Below, in pieces: positions 1 to 9,640 of a DNA stretch of 64,000 nt (within the stretch, counting starts at the first letter, position 1; each line of letters starts with the position of its first letter). The stretch comes from an uncultured delta proteobacterium (GTDB lineage Bacteria; Myxococcota_A; Polyangia; Fen-1088), in assembly GCA_963767925.1 (NCBI GenBank), contig CAVYGB010000008.1:2048001-2112000 (forward strand), given 5' to 3'. The notes below the pieces were generated by a model that worked only from the letters and a program-made list of their open reading frames with translations, was not told the origin of the DNA and did no database searches. A program made the translations under genes and the position numbers.

Positions 1-25
1 GGGGATCGGGGCCGCGCTCAAGGCG

Positions 26-829
26 GTGTTCGACGCCATCCGGGCCCCGATGCCGGTCGAGCCCGAGCGGCAGCCCGATGGCGGGTACGATCAGGACTTC
101 ATGGAGCGGGCCGATCCGCTGCTCGAGTTCCTGTGGTCGAAATATTTCCGGGTCAGCTTGATCGGCATGGAACACGTCCCCTCCGACGGGGCGGCGCTCG
201 TGGTGGCCAACCACTCGGGCGGGCTGCCCTACGACGGGGCGATGTTGATCCACGCCTTTTACCGCCTGCACCCGCAGCACCGGCCGCTGCGCCCGCTGGT
301 GGCGAACTTCGCCTTTCGCTCGCGCTGGATGGCGCCCGTGATCTCGCGCATCGGCGGGGTGCGCGCGTCGATGGAGAACGCGCTCGAGCTGCTGCTGTCG
401 GGCCACCTGGTGGGGGTCTTCCCCGAGGGGCTGCGGGGGGTCGGCAAACTTTACCGGGAGCGCTACCGGCTGAGCCACTTCGGGCGGGGTGGCTTCGTGC
501 GCCTGGCCCGGGAGGCCAAGGTCCCCATCATCCCGGTCGCGATCGTGGGGGCCGAGGAGATCCATCCCTTGCTGGGTCGCATGACCCGCCTTGCCAAGCC
601 GTTCGGCCTGCCCTACATCCCCATAACACCCACCTTCCCCTTGCTTGGCCCACTGGGCCTGCTACCGGTGCCCACGAAGTGGAGCATCAAGATCGGTGCG
701 CCCATCCAGGTGCCGGCCAGCGAGGACTCCGGGCAGGACACCCTGGAGGTCGCGGAAACGGTGCGGCGTCGGGTGGACCAGATGATTGCCGACCTGCTCA
801 TACAGCGTCGCTCGATAATCTTTGGATGA
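26..829 (+). CDS. Lysophospholipid/1-acylglycerol-3-phosphate acyltransferase family protein (PlsC-like); may start upstream of the window
   Basis: NHSGGLPYD (HX4-5D) motif, VFPEG motif, IIPVAIVG. Confidence 0.85.
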   Translation: MFDAIRAPMPVEPERQPDGGYDQDFMERADPLLEFLWSKYFRVSLIGMEHVPSDGAALVVANHSGGLPYDGAMLIHAFYRLHPQHRPLRPLVANFAFRSRWMAPVISRIGGVRASMENALELLLSGHLVGVFPEGLRGVGKLYRERYRLSHFGRGGFVRLAREAKVPIIPVAIVGAEEIHPLLGRMTRLAKPFGLPYIPITPTFPLLGPLGLLPVPTKWSIKIGAPIQVPASEDSGQDTLEVAETVRRRVDQMIADLLIQRRSIIFG

Positions 830-934
830 GAAAGCGCCGATGTCGTGTCCAAGGGAAACCGGCGTCGTGGGACGGCCGCATGCGCGGGGGCATATCGTGA
901 ACCATCCGTCCGAATTTTCACGGGTTAGCGTCCG

Positions 935-2502
<1,568 letters not shown>

Positions 2503-2506
<4 letters not shown>

Positions 2507-4140
2507 GGCAGCGGCCGGGCCAGCAGGGCCTGCGCCTCGGGGGAGATCCAGGCGCACGGGGGGATCGACGCGGGGGCTGCCTCGAGCGGGCGGGGGGGGA
2601 GCGGGCGGCGCCAGGTCTCCACTTCCGGGGGAGCGCCGAGGACGCTCGCGCCGGGGAGCTCGGACCAGAGGGCGGCGGGGATCTCGAGCTGATAGCGGGC
2701 GTGTTGCACCTCAAAGAAGGCGAAGAGGTAGCCGCAGGCGGCCGGGGTCCGATCCCGGAGGCGGCGGGCGAAGGCGAACCAGGTCTCGCCTCCGCGGCCG
2801 TGGTAGCCGGGCGGACGGGCGGCGGCGAGCTGGGTCCGGAAGCGAGCGTGGGCGACGAGCGCCAGGGTGAGCTGGGCCGCCAGCAGGCCGCCGACGAGCA
2901 CCAGGGCGGGACTCCGGGAGGCCGTCCAGCGTGACGCCCAGCGGGACCGGCGAGCGGGTCTGGGGTCGGGTGCGGGTGCGGCCCGCGCGGGCTGCCCTTC
3001 CAGGCCGGTGCCCAGGGCGGCGGCGAGGGCCAGGACGGCCAGCAGGGGTACGAAGTCGTAGCGCTTGTACTTGTCGACCGGCAGGTCCACGTAGAGCGCC
3101 GCGCTCAGCAGCAAGGCGGCGGCGGTGGCGATCACCAGGTGCCCGCGCCAGGAGCCGCGGCGCGAGGCCCGTCGGAAGCTGACCACCGCGCCAGCGAGGG
3201 CGGCGGTCAGGACACCGGCGCCGACCAGGAGCAGCGTGTCCCCCCGCGGCGTCCCGGCCCGCCCCCACGGCCCGAGGACCTGGGACAGACCGGTGGCGAC
3301 GTGGCGCAGGACCGTGCGCCAGGCGCGCGCCAGCTCGGCCCACCCCTGCCACCCCCGGGGAAAGTAGCTCGGCTCTGGGCGGGCGAACAGCGGCCCGAAA
3401 ACCGCCCGGAAGGACAGCCCGTCGCTGCTGGCGAAGAAGAGCAGCGCCCACCCCACCCGCGCCCCGAGGAACGCCAGGACCAGAATCCCCGCCTCGGCCG
3501 CCCGCCGGCGGAAGGAGCGCCCCGGACCACCGAGGCAGGCGCAGGCATAAAGCGGCGGAAACAGGTACACGGCCGCCTGCCAGGAGACGAGGCTGCCGGC
3601 GCCGACAAGGAGCCCTGCCAGCAGGGAGTCGCGCGTCCGCCAGGCCTCGATCCGGGCCAGGGCCAGGAGGATCGCGCCCGCCGCCACCGGGAGGAAGAGG
3701 ACGTTGTCCTCCCAGGTCGCCACCAGCCGGATCACCCCCCAGGCGGCGACCCAGAGCAGGGTGAGAAGGAACCCCAGCGCCCGGCTCCCGCTCAGCCGTC
3801 GCGCCGCTTCGGCCACCAGCGCCGCCGCCCCGGCCAGCGCGATCGCCCCCAGCGCCCGGAAGCCATCCAGCACCGAGCCCCCCAGCCCTCGGGCCACCGC
3901 CGCCCCCATCAGGTAGATCGACCCCAGCCCGAAATGCGAGCTCCAGGGCTCAGCCGACCACCCTCGCCGGCCGCTGGCGATCTCCGCCGCATACGCCGCC
4001 GCGTCCCAGTTGATTCCCATCGACCCCGCCGGCCCCGTCGCCACCCACCCCAGCACCAGCCCGACCGCCGCCGCCCCCGCCCGGAGCGCCCAATCCCGCC
4101 GGGCCAATCGCCCCTCGACTGCCGGTTGACCCCAGTCCAA
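2503..4140 (-). CDS. Polytopic membrane protein, possibly GT-C/PMT-like glycosyltransferase
   Basis: 545-aa ORF with many hydrophobic helices and a WD motif after the first TM; start uncertain. Confidence 0.55.
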
Positions 4141-4164
4141 GCCAGCGCTAGTTTAGGACTTCTC

Positions 4165-4236
4165 GGGCGTTTAACTCAGCGGAAGAGTGCCACCTTCACA
4201 CGGTGGAAGTCGCAGGTTCAATCCCTGCAACGCCCA
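4165..4236 (+). tRNA. tRNA-Val(CAC); prophage integration target
   Basis: Acceptor stem GGGCGTT/AACGCCC, anticodon arm CCACC-TTCACAC-GGTGG, T-arm GCAGG-TTCAATC-CCTGC; CCA not encoded. Confidence 0.96.
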
Positions 4237-4237
4237 C
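4190..4237 (+). repeat. attL core (48 bp, 3' part of tRNA-Val)
   Basis: CCACCTTCACACGGTGGAAGTCGCAGGTTCAATCCCTGCAACGCCCAC, identical to 40406-40453. Confidence 0.96.
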
Positions 4238-4305
4238 AGAAATCAGCGGGTTCGCGGACTGAAGCGCATCACGGCGCCTCAAGACGACCCAGCTCGCGCC
4301 GCTGA

Positions 4306-4327
4306 AAGGGTGATCCAAAGGGTGATC
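4306..4327 (+). promoter_or_regulatory. Tandem AAGGGTGATC x2, putative integrase arm-type sites
   Basis: Copies at 4306-4315 and 4318-4327; the same pair sits at 40330-40350. Confidence 0.7.
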
Positions 4328-4416
4328 ACCCTCTGTGGGGCGAAGCGTCCCGATTACGCGTAATCGCTGCCTCCAGTCCCCGCCCCCATGGACACTGAAG
4401 CGGCGACGCTGGTCGG

Positions 4417-4926
4417 TCAGTACGTGTTTGAGACGCACTTATCTGGAGTCATGAACCATGACCGGGTGCCGCCAGTCAGGTCAGGGTCGTTGCACTCCGC
4501 GGTCACGATCAAAGTCTGTCGGTCCAGGGACACCTTCCACCATCCCGCGTTGTCAGCCCCAACGGCATCGTAGGTCATGTACACAGGAGCCGTTGCCCAG
4601 CCGTTCTGGGTAGGGTCGAAGATCGTGGCGCCGCTGACCTGCAGCAGCACTCCTCTGATCGCTGCCGAGGAAAAGACGAAGCCACTCGAAAATTGTATCG
4701 CCTCGTACGTCATCGCCAGTGGCGCGTTTTCCAGGACGCCCTGGCAGAAGATGCTGGCGACAATCCTTGTTTCACCCCCCGACCCCGCAGCACCTTCGGC
4801 CCCCATCGGTCCCTGTGGCCCCGCTGGTCCTTGCGCCCCGGGTGCGCCTGTAGCTCCGGCCGGACCAGGCTCGCCAGCGCACCCCACAGCTACCAGAAGC
4901 AACGCCACACCTACCAAAACCTTCAT
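4417..4926 (-). CDS. Collagen-like (Gly-X-Y) lipoprotein, moron-like
   Basis: Signal peptide with lipobox AVGC, then about 10 GXY triplets; GGAGG RBS. Confidence 0.75.
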   Translation of the reverse strand: MKVLVGVALLLVAVGCAGEPGPAGATGAPGAQGPAGPQGPMGAEGAAGSGGETRIVASIFCQGVLENAPLAMTYEAIQFSSGFVFSSAAIRGVLLQVSGATIFDPTQNGWATAPVYMTYDAVGADNAGWWKVSLDRQTLIVTAECNDPDLTGGTRSWFMTPDKCVSNTY

Positions 4927-5050
4927 GTTCAACCCCCTCCGTCGGCCTCAGATGGCTCGTTAGGGATCCGGGACGGGTAGCCTGGCCGCCAGTCATTTCA
5001 GGGTTAGGGCGTCTGAGTTGTACAACTTGTACAAGACACGAGCGCCCAGG

Positions 5051-5326
5051 TCACTTCTTGGGTGCCTTCGGCTCGGTCACCTTGACCCCGAGGGTCCGGA
5101 CCCGCTCCATAGCCGCCTGAAGTAGGAAGTCGTTGAAGGAGAGCCGCTCCCCCGGGGGCAGCTCGGCCTCTGCCTTCCGCCTGGCCTGCTCCATGGCCTC
5201 CCGCTGCCACTGGTGGCACCGAAACAGGTACGTCGAGTCATAGCTGCGCTTCTGCGGCACGGCCCCCACGGTATCCGGAACCGCTACCTCAGACAAATCC
5301 TTTATGTCCTTGGACGTTATGGCCAT
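5051..5326 (-). CDS. Small putative ribbon-helix-helix DNA-binding protein
   Basis: YLFRC strand, helix, LSFNDFLLQAAMERV helix pattern; divergent from the 5386 operon. Confidence 0.5.
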   Translation of the reverse strand: MAITSKDIKDLSEVAVPDTVGAVPQKRSYDSTYLFRCHQWQREAMEQARRKAEAELPPGERLSFNDFLLQAAMERVRTLGVKVTEPKAPKK

Positions 5327-5385
5327 CCTTGAATCCCTAGATCTGTAGGATATCCTATATACTAGACCAAGCCAAGGAGGCCCCC

Positions 5386-5766
5386 ATGACCCCCACCATC
5401 CCACCGCCCATCCCGAACGAGCTTCAGCGACAACTCCAGAAGATCTGCTGGGCATCCGCTGCCCGTGACTTCGTCGCGGACCTGGACGTCGAGCTGACCC
5501 CTCTCCCGGTCAACCCGGTGGAGGACCCACCGGTTGCCATCGCAGCCCGATTCCGGACACCGGGTATTCTGGCCTTCCAGGGAGTGGTGGTCATCGACCA
5601 GGACGACTACCAGTGGGAACTGGTTGCGTGGCGAGCCTCGACCCACCATGGGGAACACGAGACGTTCTTTGGCCAGGCGATCCCCTTCGTGGGTCCTCTC
5701 TCGTTCGCCACTGCCGCCACGTACCGGGTGTTCTGCCAGGTCGAGCACCAGGGAGGCGTTCGATGA
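5386..5766 (+). CDS. Phage hypothetical protein
   Basis: AAGGAGG RBS; stop overlaps next start. Confidence 0.6.
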   Translation: MTPTIPPPIPNELQRQLQKICWASAARDFVADLDVELTPLPVNPVEDPPVAIAARFRTPGILAFQGVVVIDQDDYQWELVAWRASTHHGEHETFFGQAIPFVGPLSFATAATYRVFCQVEHQGGVR

Positions 5767-5954
5767 AGTCCTTCCTGGGCTGGGCTTTCTTGGTGACCCT
5801 GGTCTGGGTGGCGTTCGCCCACGGACCCCGGCTACTCCGACAGTGGAAGGCCGATCAGAAGATGGAAAGGATCTGCCGGTCCGACATTTCCTACGTCCGT
5901 GAGGGGTGCACCGCCGCCATCATCGATGCCTTCAAGGCCGGGGGTCCTCGGTGA
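5763..5954 (+). CDS. Small membrane protein
   Basis: MKSFLGWAFLVTLVWVAFA hydrophobic N-terminus; ATGA and GTGA coupling with neighbours. Confidence 0.55.
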   Translation: MKSFLGWAFLVTLVWVAFAHGPRLLRQWKADQKMERICRSDISYVREGCTAAIIDAFKAGGPR

Positions 5955-6373
5955 CCCGCCTCCTGATCCTCCTGGCCGTGATGGGCTGCCAGCCGGAGAA
6001 CTTCGTCCCGTACTCCGATGGCACTTCCCGTCCCGGCCAGATCGAGGCCCTGACCATCGTCTGGCAACAGACCTACGGCCGGACCGACATGCCGCCGCGG
6101 GTCAGGTTTGTCGTTGGAAGCGACCTGGACGCCGCCCGGTGCGGCGGCGCGGGCTGGTGGGACCCTTGGTGGGAGACCTGCGCGTACGGTCTGGCTGCCG
6201 ACCGGACAATCTATCTCCCATGGCCACCCGGAATTACCTGGTCACAGGCGCCCTTGGCCCATGAGGCTCGCCACGTGATCCTGGATGGAGATCCCTTCCA
6301 CCTCGACCCGGAGTTTAAACCAGGCGGGCTCGTCTCCCAGGCCCAGACGGCACTCAGGGCTACGGACCTGTAG
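5951..6373 (+). CDS. Lipoprotein with HExxH zincin-like motif
   Basis: Lipobox VMGC; LAHEARH. Confidence 0.6.
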   Translation: MTRLLILLAVMGCQPENFVPYSDGTSRPGQIEALTIVWQQTYGRTDMPPRVRFVVGSDLDAARCGGAGWWDPWWETCAYGLAADRTIYLPWPPGITWSQAPLAHEARHVILDGDPFHLDPEFKPGGLVSQAQTALRATDL

Positions 6374-6438
6374 CCCTTGCGTCAACCACGACGACCAAGT
6401 GGGTTGTTGAGTAGGGGCCGCCTCCCTCAGACTCAAGC

Positions 6439-6894
6439 ATGCACTTGCCTCCAGTTGCCGGAATCAACGGGTCGATCGTGGAAGCTTACGAGTTTGATGA
6501 ACTGCTTGGTCACTACAGTGACGCACTTGAAGAACTGGACGCCCATGCTTTTGCTGTCTCCAAACAGGTTTCAGACGGGGTAGCTGCCGACAGGGCCGTT
6601 CTAGCCAACTCGATCCTAAGTCTGGCGAGGTCACGCCTTCACGATCTCGTTTCTGCCGCCGCTCAGCGGGGCCGTAGATCGGCTCAGGATATCGCCGCGG
6701 CTCACGATGCCTATCTCGCCATTGGGGACGTTGTCTTGAAACTCTCAGCGGTGAACCACGCTCCCCCCAATGAACTCCTCGAACGGCTGGGCGGTCTGGG
6801 TCGTCGCTGGGGACGCCTGGCCCAGGCGAATCCGCTTCTGGAGGATGGCATCAGCGGACCGGACGATGACTCCCCGACCAACTCGAAGGCGTAA
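6439..6894 (+). CDS. Phage hypothetical protein
   Basis: 151-aa helical ORF with less GC3-biased codons than neighbours (by eye). Confidence 0.45.
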   Translation: MHLPPVAGINGSIVEAYEFDELLGHYSDALEELDAHAFAVSKQVSDGVAADRAVLANSILSLARSRLHDLVSAAAQRGRRSAQDIAAAHDAYLAIGDVVLKLSAVNHAPPNELLERLGGLGRRWGRLAQANPLLEDGISGPDDDSPTNSKA

Positions 6895-7044
6895 GACCGG
6901 GAGCGTCTATCGGTAAGCACCCGCCCGATCAATTGCAGCCGGCCTCGGCAAGGAAGGCCACCCCCTCGCGCCTTCTCGTCGTCCCCGCCACTGCCGCGGT
7001 CGTCCGAATTCACCGAGGGTCACCTCCCTGACCCAGCAACCTTC

Positions 7045-7254
7045 GTGGCCACCCGCCGACAACCACCCATGCACTGGGCCCTTCGCTTCGACTCCGCCCG
7101 CCTGTTCCTCCGGGTCGCCACGTTGGTATCGCTCCAAAGCGGCTGGCTCGCCGAGAAGCTGATCGAGCATGCTGCCGGGATCTTGGCTGGTGACGACCCG
7201 GAGTGGGACGCCAGCGGCGAGATAGAAGCCGCGATCGAGGGAGTGGAGAACTGA
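7045..7254 (+). CDS. Small hypothetical protein
   Basis: ORF only; start uncertain. Confidence 0.35.
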   Translation: MATRRQPPMHWALRFDSARLFLRVATLVSLQSGWLAEKLIEHAAGILAGDDPEWDASGEIEAAIEGVEN

Positions 7255-7270
7255 GCTAGACTGCCGCCCC

Positions 7271-7546
7271 ATGGAAACGGGGGCATCGCTGGGGTGGACG
7301 ACGGACCGAACGACCTTGCCGGATGGCCCTCGCGCGGAGGTTCGGGTCGGTGACCTGACCTTCTGGGCGCCTATGCCGGCGGACGGGAGCCTGGCATCAG
7401 CCGTGACGGGCTTCGCGCTGGACTTCCAGGACGACTACCAGACCACCACCCCTGCCTTCGCCCGGGAGCACGATGCCGAGGGCCACGTGGTCGAGGAATG
7501 GCCCTTCGAGCTGGGGCCCGCCGGGCTGTGGTCCGAGGTCGCCTGA
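7271..7546 (+). CDS. Small acidic hypothetical protein
   Basis: ORF with GC3-rich codons. Confidence 0.45.
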   Translation: METGASLGWTTDRTTLPDGPRAEVRVGDLTFWAPMPADGSLASAVTGFALDFQDDYQTTTPAFAREHDAEGHVVEEWPFELGPAGLWSEVA

Positions 7547-7817
7547 GCCGGGCTGAGGACCGGCAACCCTCGGAGTCGGCACCCCAGGACATTGCTTCCA
7601 GGGTCGGAAACGGGGTCGATTTGACCCGATCGCAGCGCGACACGACTGATCCGAGGGTTGTACCCCCATGGAGACCCCAAACGTCGAATAGCGACGCGTC
7701 AACCGACCCCCATGTTTGGCTTGGGACTCCGGCCGTTGCTCGGCCACGAGCCCGCTTCGGTCGGGAGCATCACCTGGTGTTCGTGCCAGCGCGTCCGGGG
7801 TGGCTCAATGTGACGCC

Positions 7818-8060
7818 ATGACAAACGACAACGCCGAGAAGGCCGAGGCCGACTCGAAGGCTTACAGGTTCAGCCGAATCGTACGTCGGGCATCACCAGG
7901 AGCGCCTTGGGATCCGCCAATGCCGGCATCGGTAAAACCCCTCGCCGACGGTTCGTTCGAGGCAGAGGTTCAACAACCGTTTGCCCAAACCGTGTTCCTC
8001 CCCGCCAAAGAGAAAGGGAAAACCTGGGATTTTGCGGCTGAGGCGTCGGCCAGTCCGTAG
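7818..8060 (+). CDS. Small hypothetical protein
   Basis: ATG 7818; converges on the late operon. Confidence 0.4.
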   Translation: MTNDNAEKAEADSKAYRFSRIVRRASPGAPWDPPMPASVKPLADGSFEAEVQQPFAQTVFLPAKEKGKTWDFAAEASASP

Positions 8061-8068
8061 ACCCGTCG

Positions 8069-8392
8069 TTAGGTGACGGGGGTATCGGACGGTGGGGGCG
8101 CCGCGGAAGGCTCTCCGGGTTCGGGCGCCTTGGCCGCGGACTCTTTGACCTCTCCCCCACCCGCCTTGGCGTCCAGTCCCTCGGCCAGGCCCACCGTGGT
8201 CGCCAGGGCTGCCAGTTGCTCCTGAACAGCGTCCCGTTCATCCTGGACGGCGGCAAGGTGCTTCTGCACGACGGAGATCTGATAGGTCAGCCGACCGAGA
8301 TCGGACAGCAGCCGGGCCTGCTGCCTCTCCCATTCCTCGGTGATCGTGCCTCGGATCGGCCGAGCCCCGGTCAGACTGGCGGGTAGTGGCAT
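8069..8392 (-). CDS. Coiled-coil phage protein, end of late operon
   Basis: Heptad-rich ORF directly after 8394-8804. Confidence 0.55.
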   Translation of the reverse strand: MPLPASLTGARPIRGTITEEWERQQARLLSDLGRLTYQISVVQKHLAAVQDERDAVQEQLAALATTVGLAEGLDAKAGGGEVKESAAKAPEPGEPSAAPPPSDTPVT

Positions 8393-8393
8393 A

Positions 8394-8804
8394 TCAGGAC
8401 GTCGTCACGTAGGCCGTGATGGCGCCGGTCGAGGATGCATTGACGTACGCCAGGCGGGACCTCTTGAACGCAATATTGGTCAGGAGGATGGGCTGGTCGA
8501 ACGGGTCGGTGGCCGGGATCGGGATGGTGTCAGTCGGGCTGAGGTCAACGTCACGCCACCCCGTGGTGTTGTTGGTCTCCTTCTCTTCCTGAGTGGCTCC
8601 CGAGGCCGCGTTGACGGCGGCACGATACACGGCATCAGGCAGGTTGTTGATCTGCCATTTCAGGGTCCCGACCGCCGTGCCGGTCTTGATGAAGTCGTAC
8701 GCGATGCAGCCCAGCGGTCCAGGTGAACTGGCGCGGGAGTAGTACGTCGTGGTGCTGGAGACGGCTTGAGCACTCCAGACCGGGACGGGTTCGGAAACGG
8801 GCAA
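8394..8804 (-). CDS. Small beta-rich putative virion protein
   Basis: GAGG RBS with TTG start; T/V-rich composition. Confidence 0.55.
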   Translation of the reverse strand: MPVSEPVPVWSAQAVSSTTTYYSRASSPGPLGCIAYDFIKTGTAVGTLKWQINNLPDAVYRAAVNAASGATQEEKETNNTTGWRDVDLSPTDTIPIPATDPFDQPILLTNIAFKRSRLAYVNASSTGAITAYVTTS

Positions 8805-8870
8805 GGAATCACCTCTCTCGTGGATTCAACCGGGGTCACCGGCCTGAGGGAGCGAAACGCTCCTATCCAA

Positions 8871-8884
8871 CGGGATTCCCGCCG
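8871..8884 (-). promoter_or_regulatory. Phage motif CGGGATTCCCGCCG, copy 1
   Basis: Exact 14-mer, intergenic; four copies seen in the prophage. Confidence 0.65.
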
Positions 8885-9640
8885 CTACTTGTCGTTCAGG
8901 CTGAGCCGCTGGACCGGCGTGGTCAGCTCGAGTTCCTTGGGAGTACCACCACGGGACCCCCGCCCGGACGGATCCGATCCCACCTGCGTCTGGTCCGGGC
9001 CGTTCAGGATGGCCAACCCACGCGCGGGAATGCCGAGAAACCGCGACAAGGCTGACTCCTCCCTACCCTTCAGTTGTCGCTTCAGCCCCTGGATCTCCTC
9101 CCCGACGATCTTCGCCGCCTCGGCGTACAGCGCCGGGTAGACCGTCCGGATCGCATCCACATGATCGGCTGACAACTGCTCTGGGACCGACAGGCACCCG
9201 ATAGGGACCTCGACCGCCTGGGCAGCACGCCGCAGCTTGGCCCTCTCGGCGGCGGTCATGCCGGCGTCTTTCGAGGCCAGACCTGGGAGCGGACGCTTCC
9301 GGATCAGTCCCTGGAGGTACGCCAGAGCCCGCTGGGCAGTCAGGGTGAAGCTGATCACCACGTCCTGGGGCATGCGTTCTACCGACCCGAAGGACTCCAG
9401 GGGAATCGACTCCGGGAGGTCAAACGCCCACCCGGTGTCAACGGCGGGGAGGCCGGCGGACTTGCCGCGGAGGTACCCTCGTACCCCGTCCCTGACCTCG
9501 GTCAGCATCCTCTCCGGCGCTTTCAGGGTCCATTGGGTCGGCCCCTTGCCGGTCAAGAAGTCCGGCATCAGGACGCGTGAAAAGAGGAGTTCCCCGTGAT
9601 CCATGTCAGTCCACTGCCTCGCCAGAGAGTTGTCGGCCAA
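8885..9640 (-). CDS. Putative internal virion protein, possibly the frameshifted C-terminus of 9606-12146
   Basis: Overlaps the upstream ORF by 35 nt; weak TTG start. Confidence 0.5.
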   Translation of the reverse strand: MADNSLARQWTDMDHGELLFSRVLMPDFLTGKGPTQWTLKAPERMLTEVRDGVRGYLRGKSAGLPAVDTGWAFDLPESIPLESFGSVERMPQDVVISFTLTAQRALAYLQGLIRKRPLPGLASKDAGMTAAERAKLRRAAQAVEVPIGCLSVPEQLSADHVDAIRTVYPALYAEAAKIVGEEIQGLKRQLKGREESALSRFLGIPARGLAILNGPDQTQVGSDPSGRGSRGGTPKELELTTPVQRLSLNDK

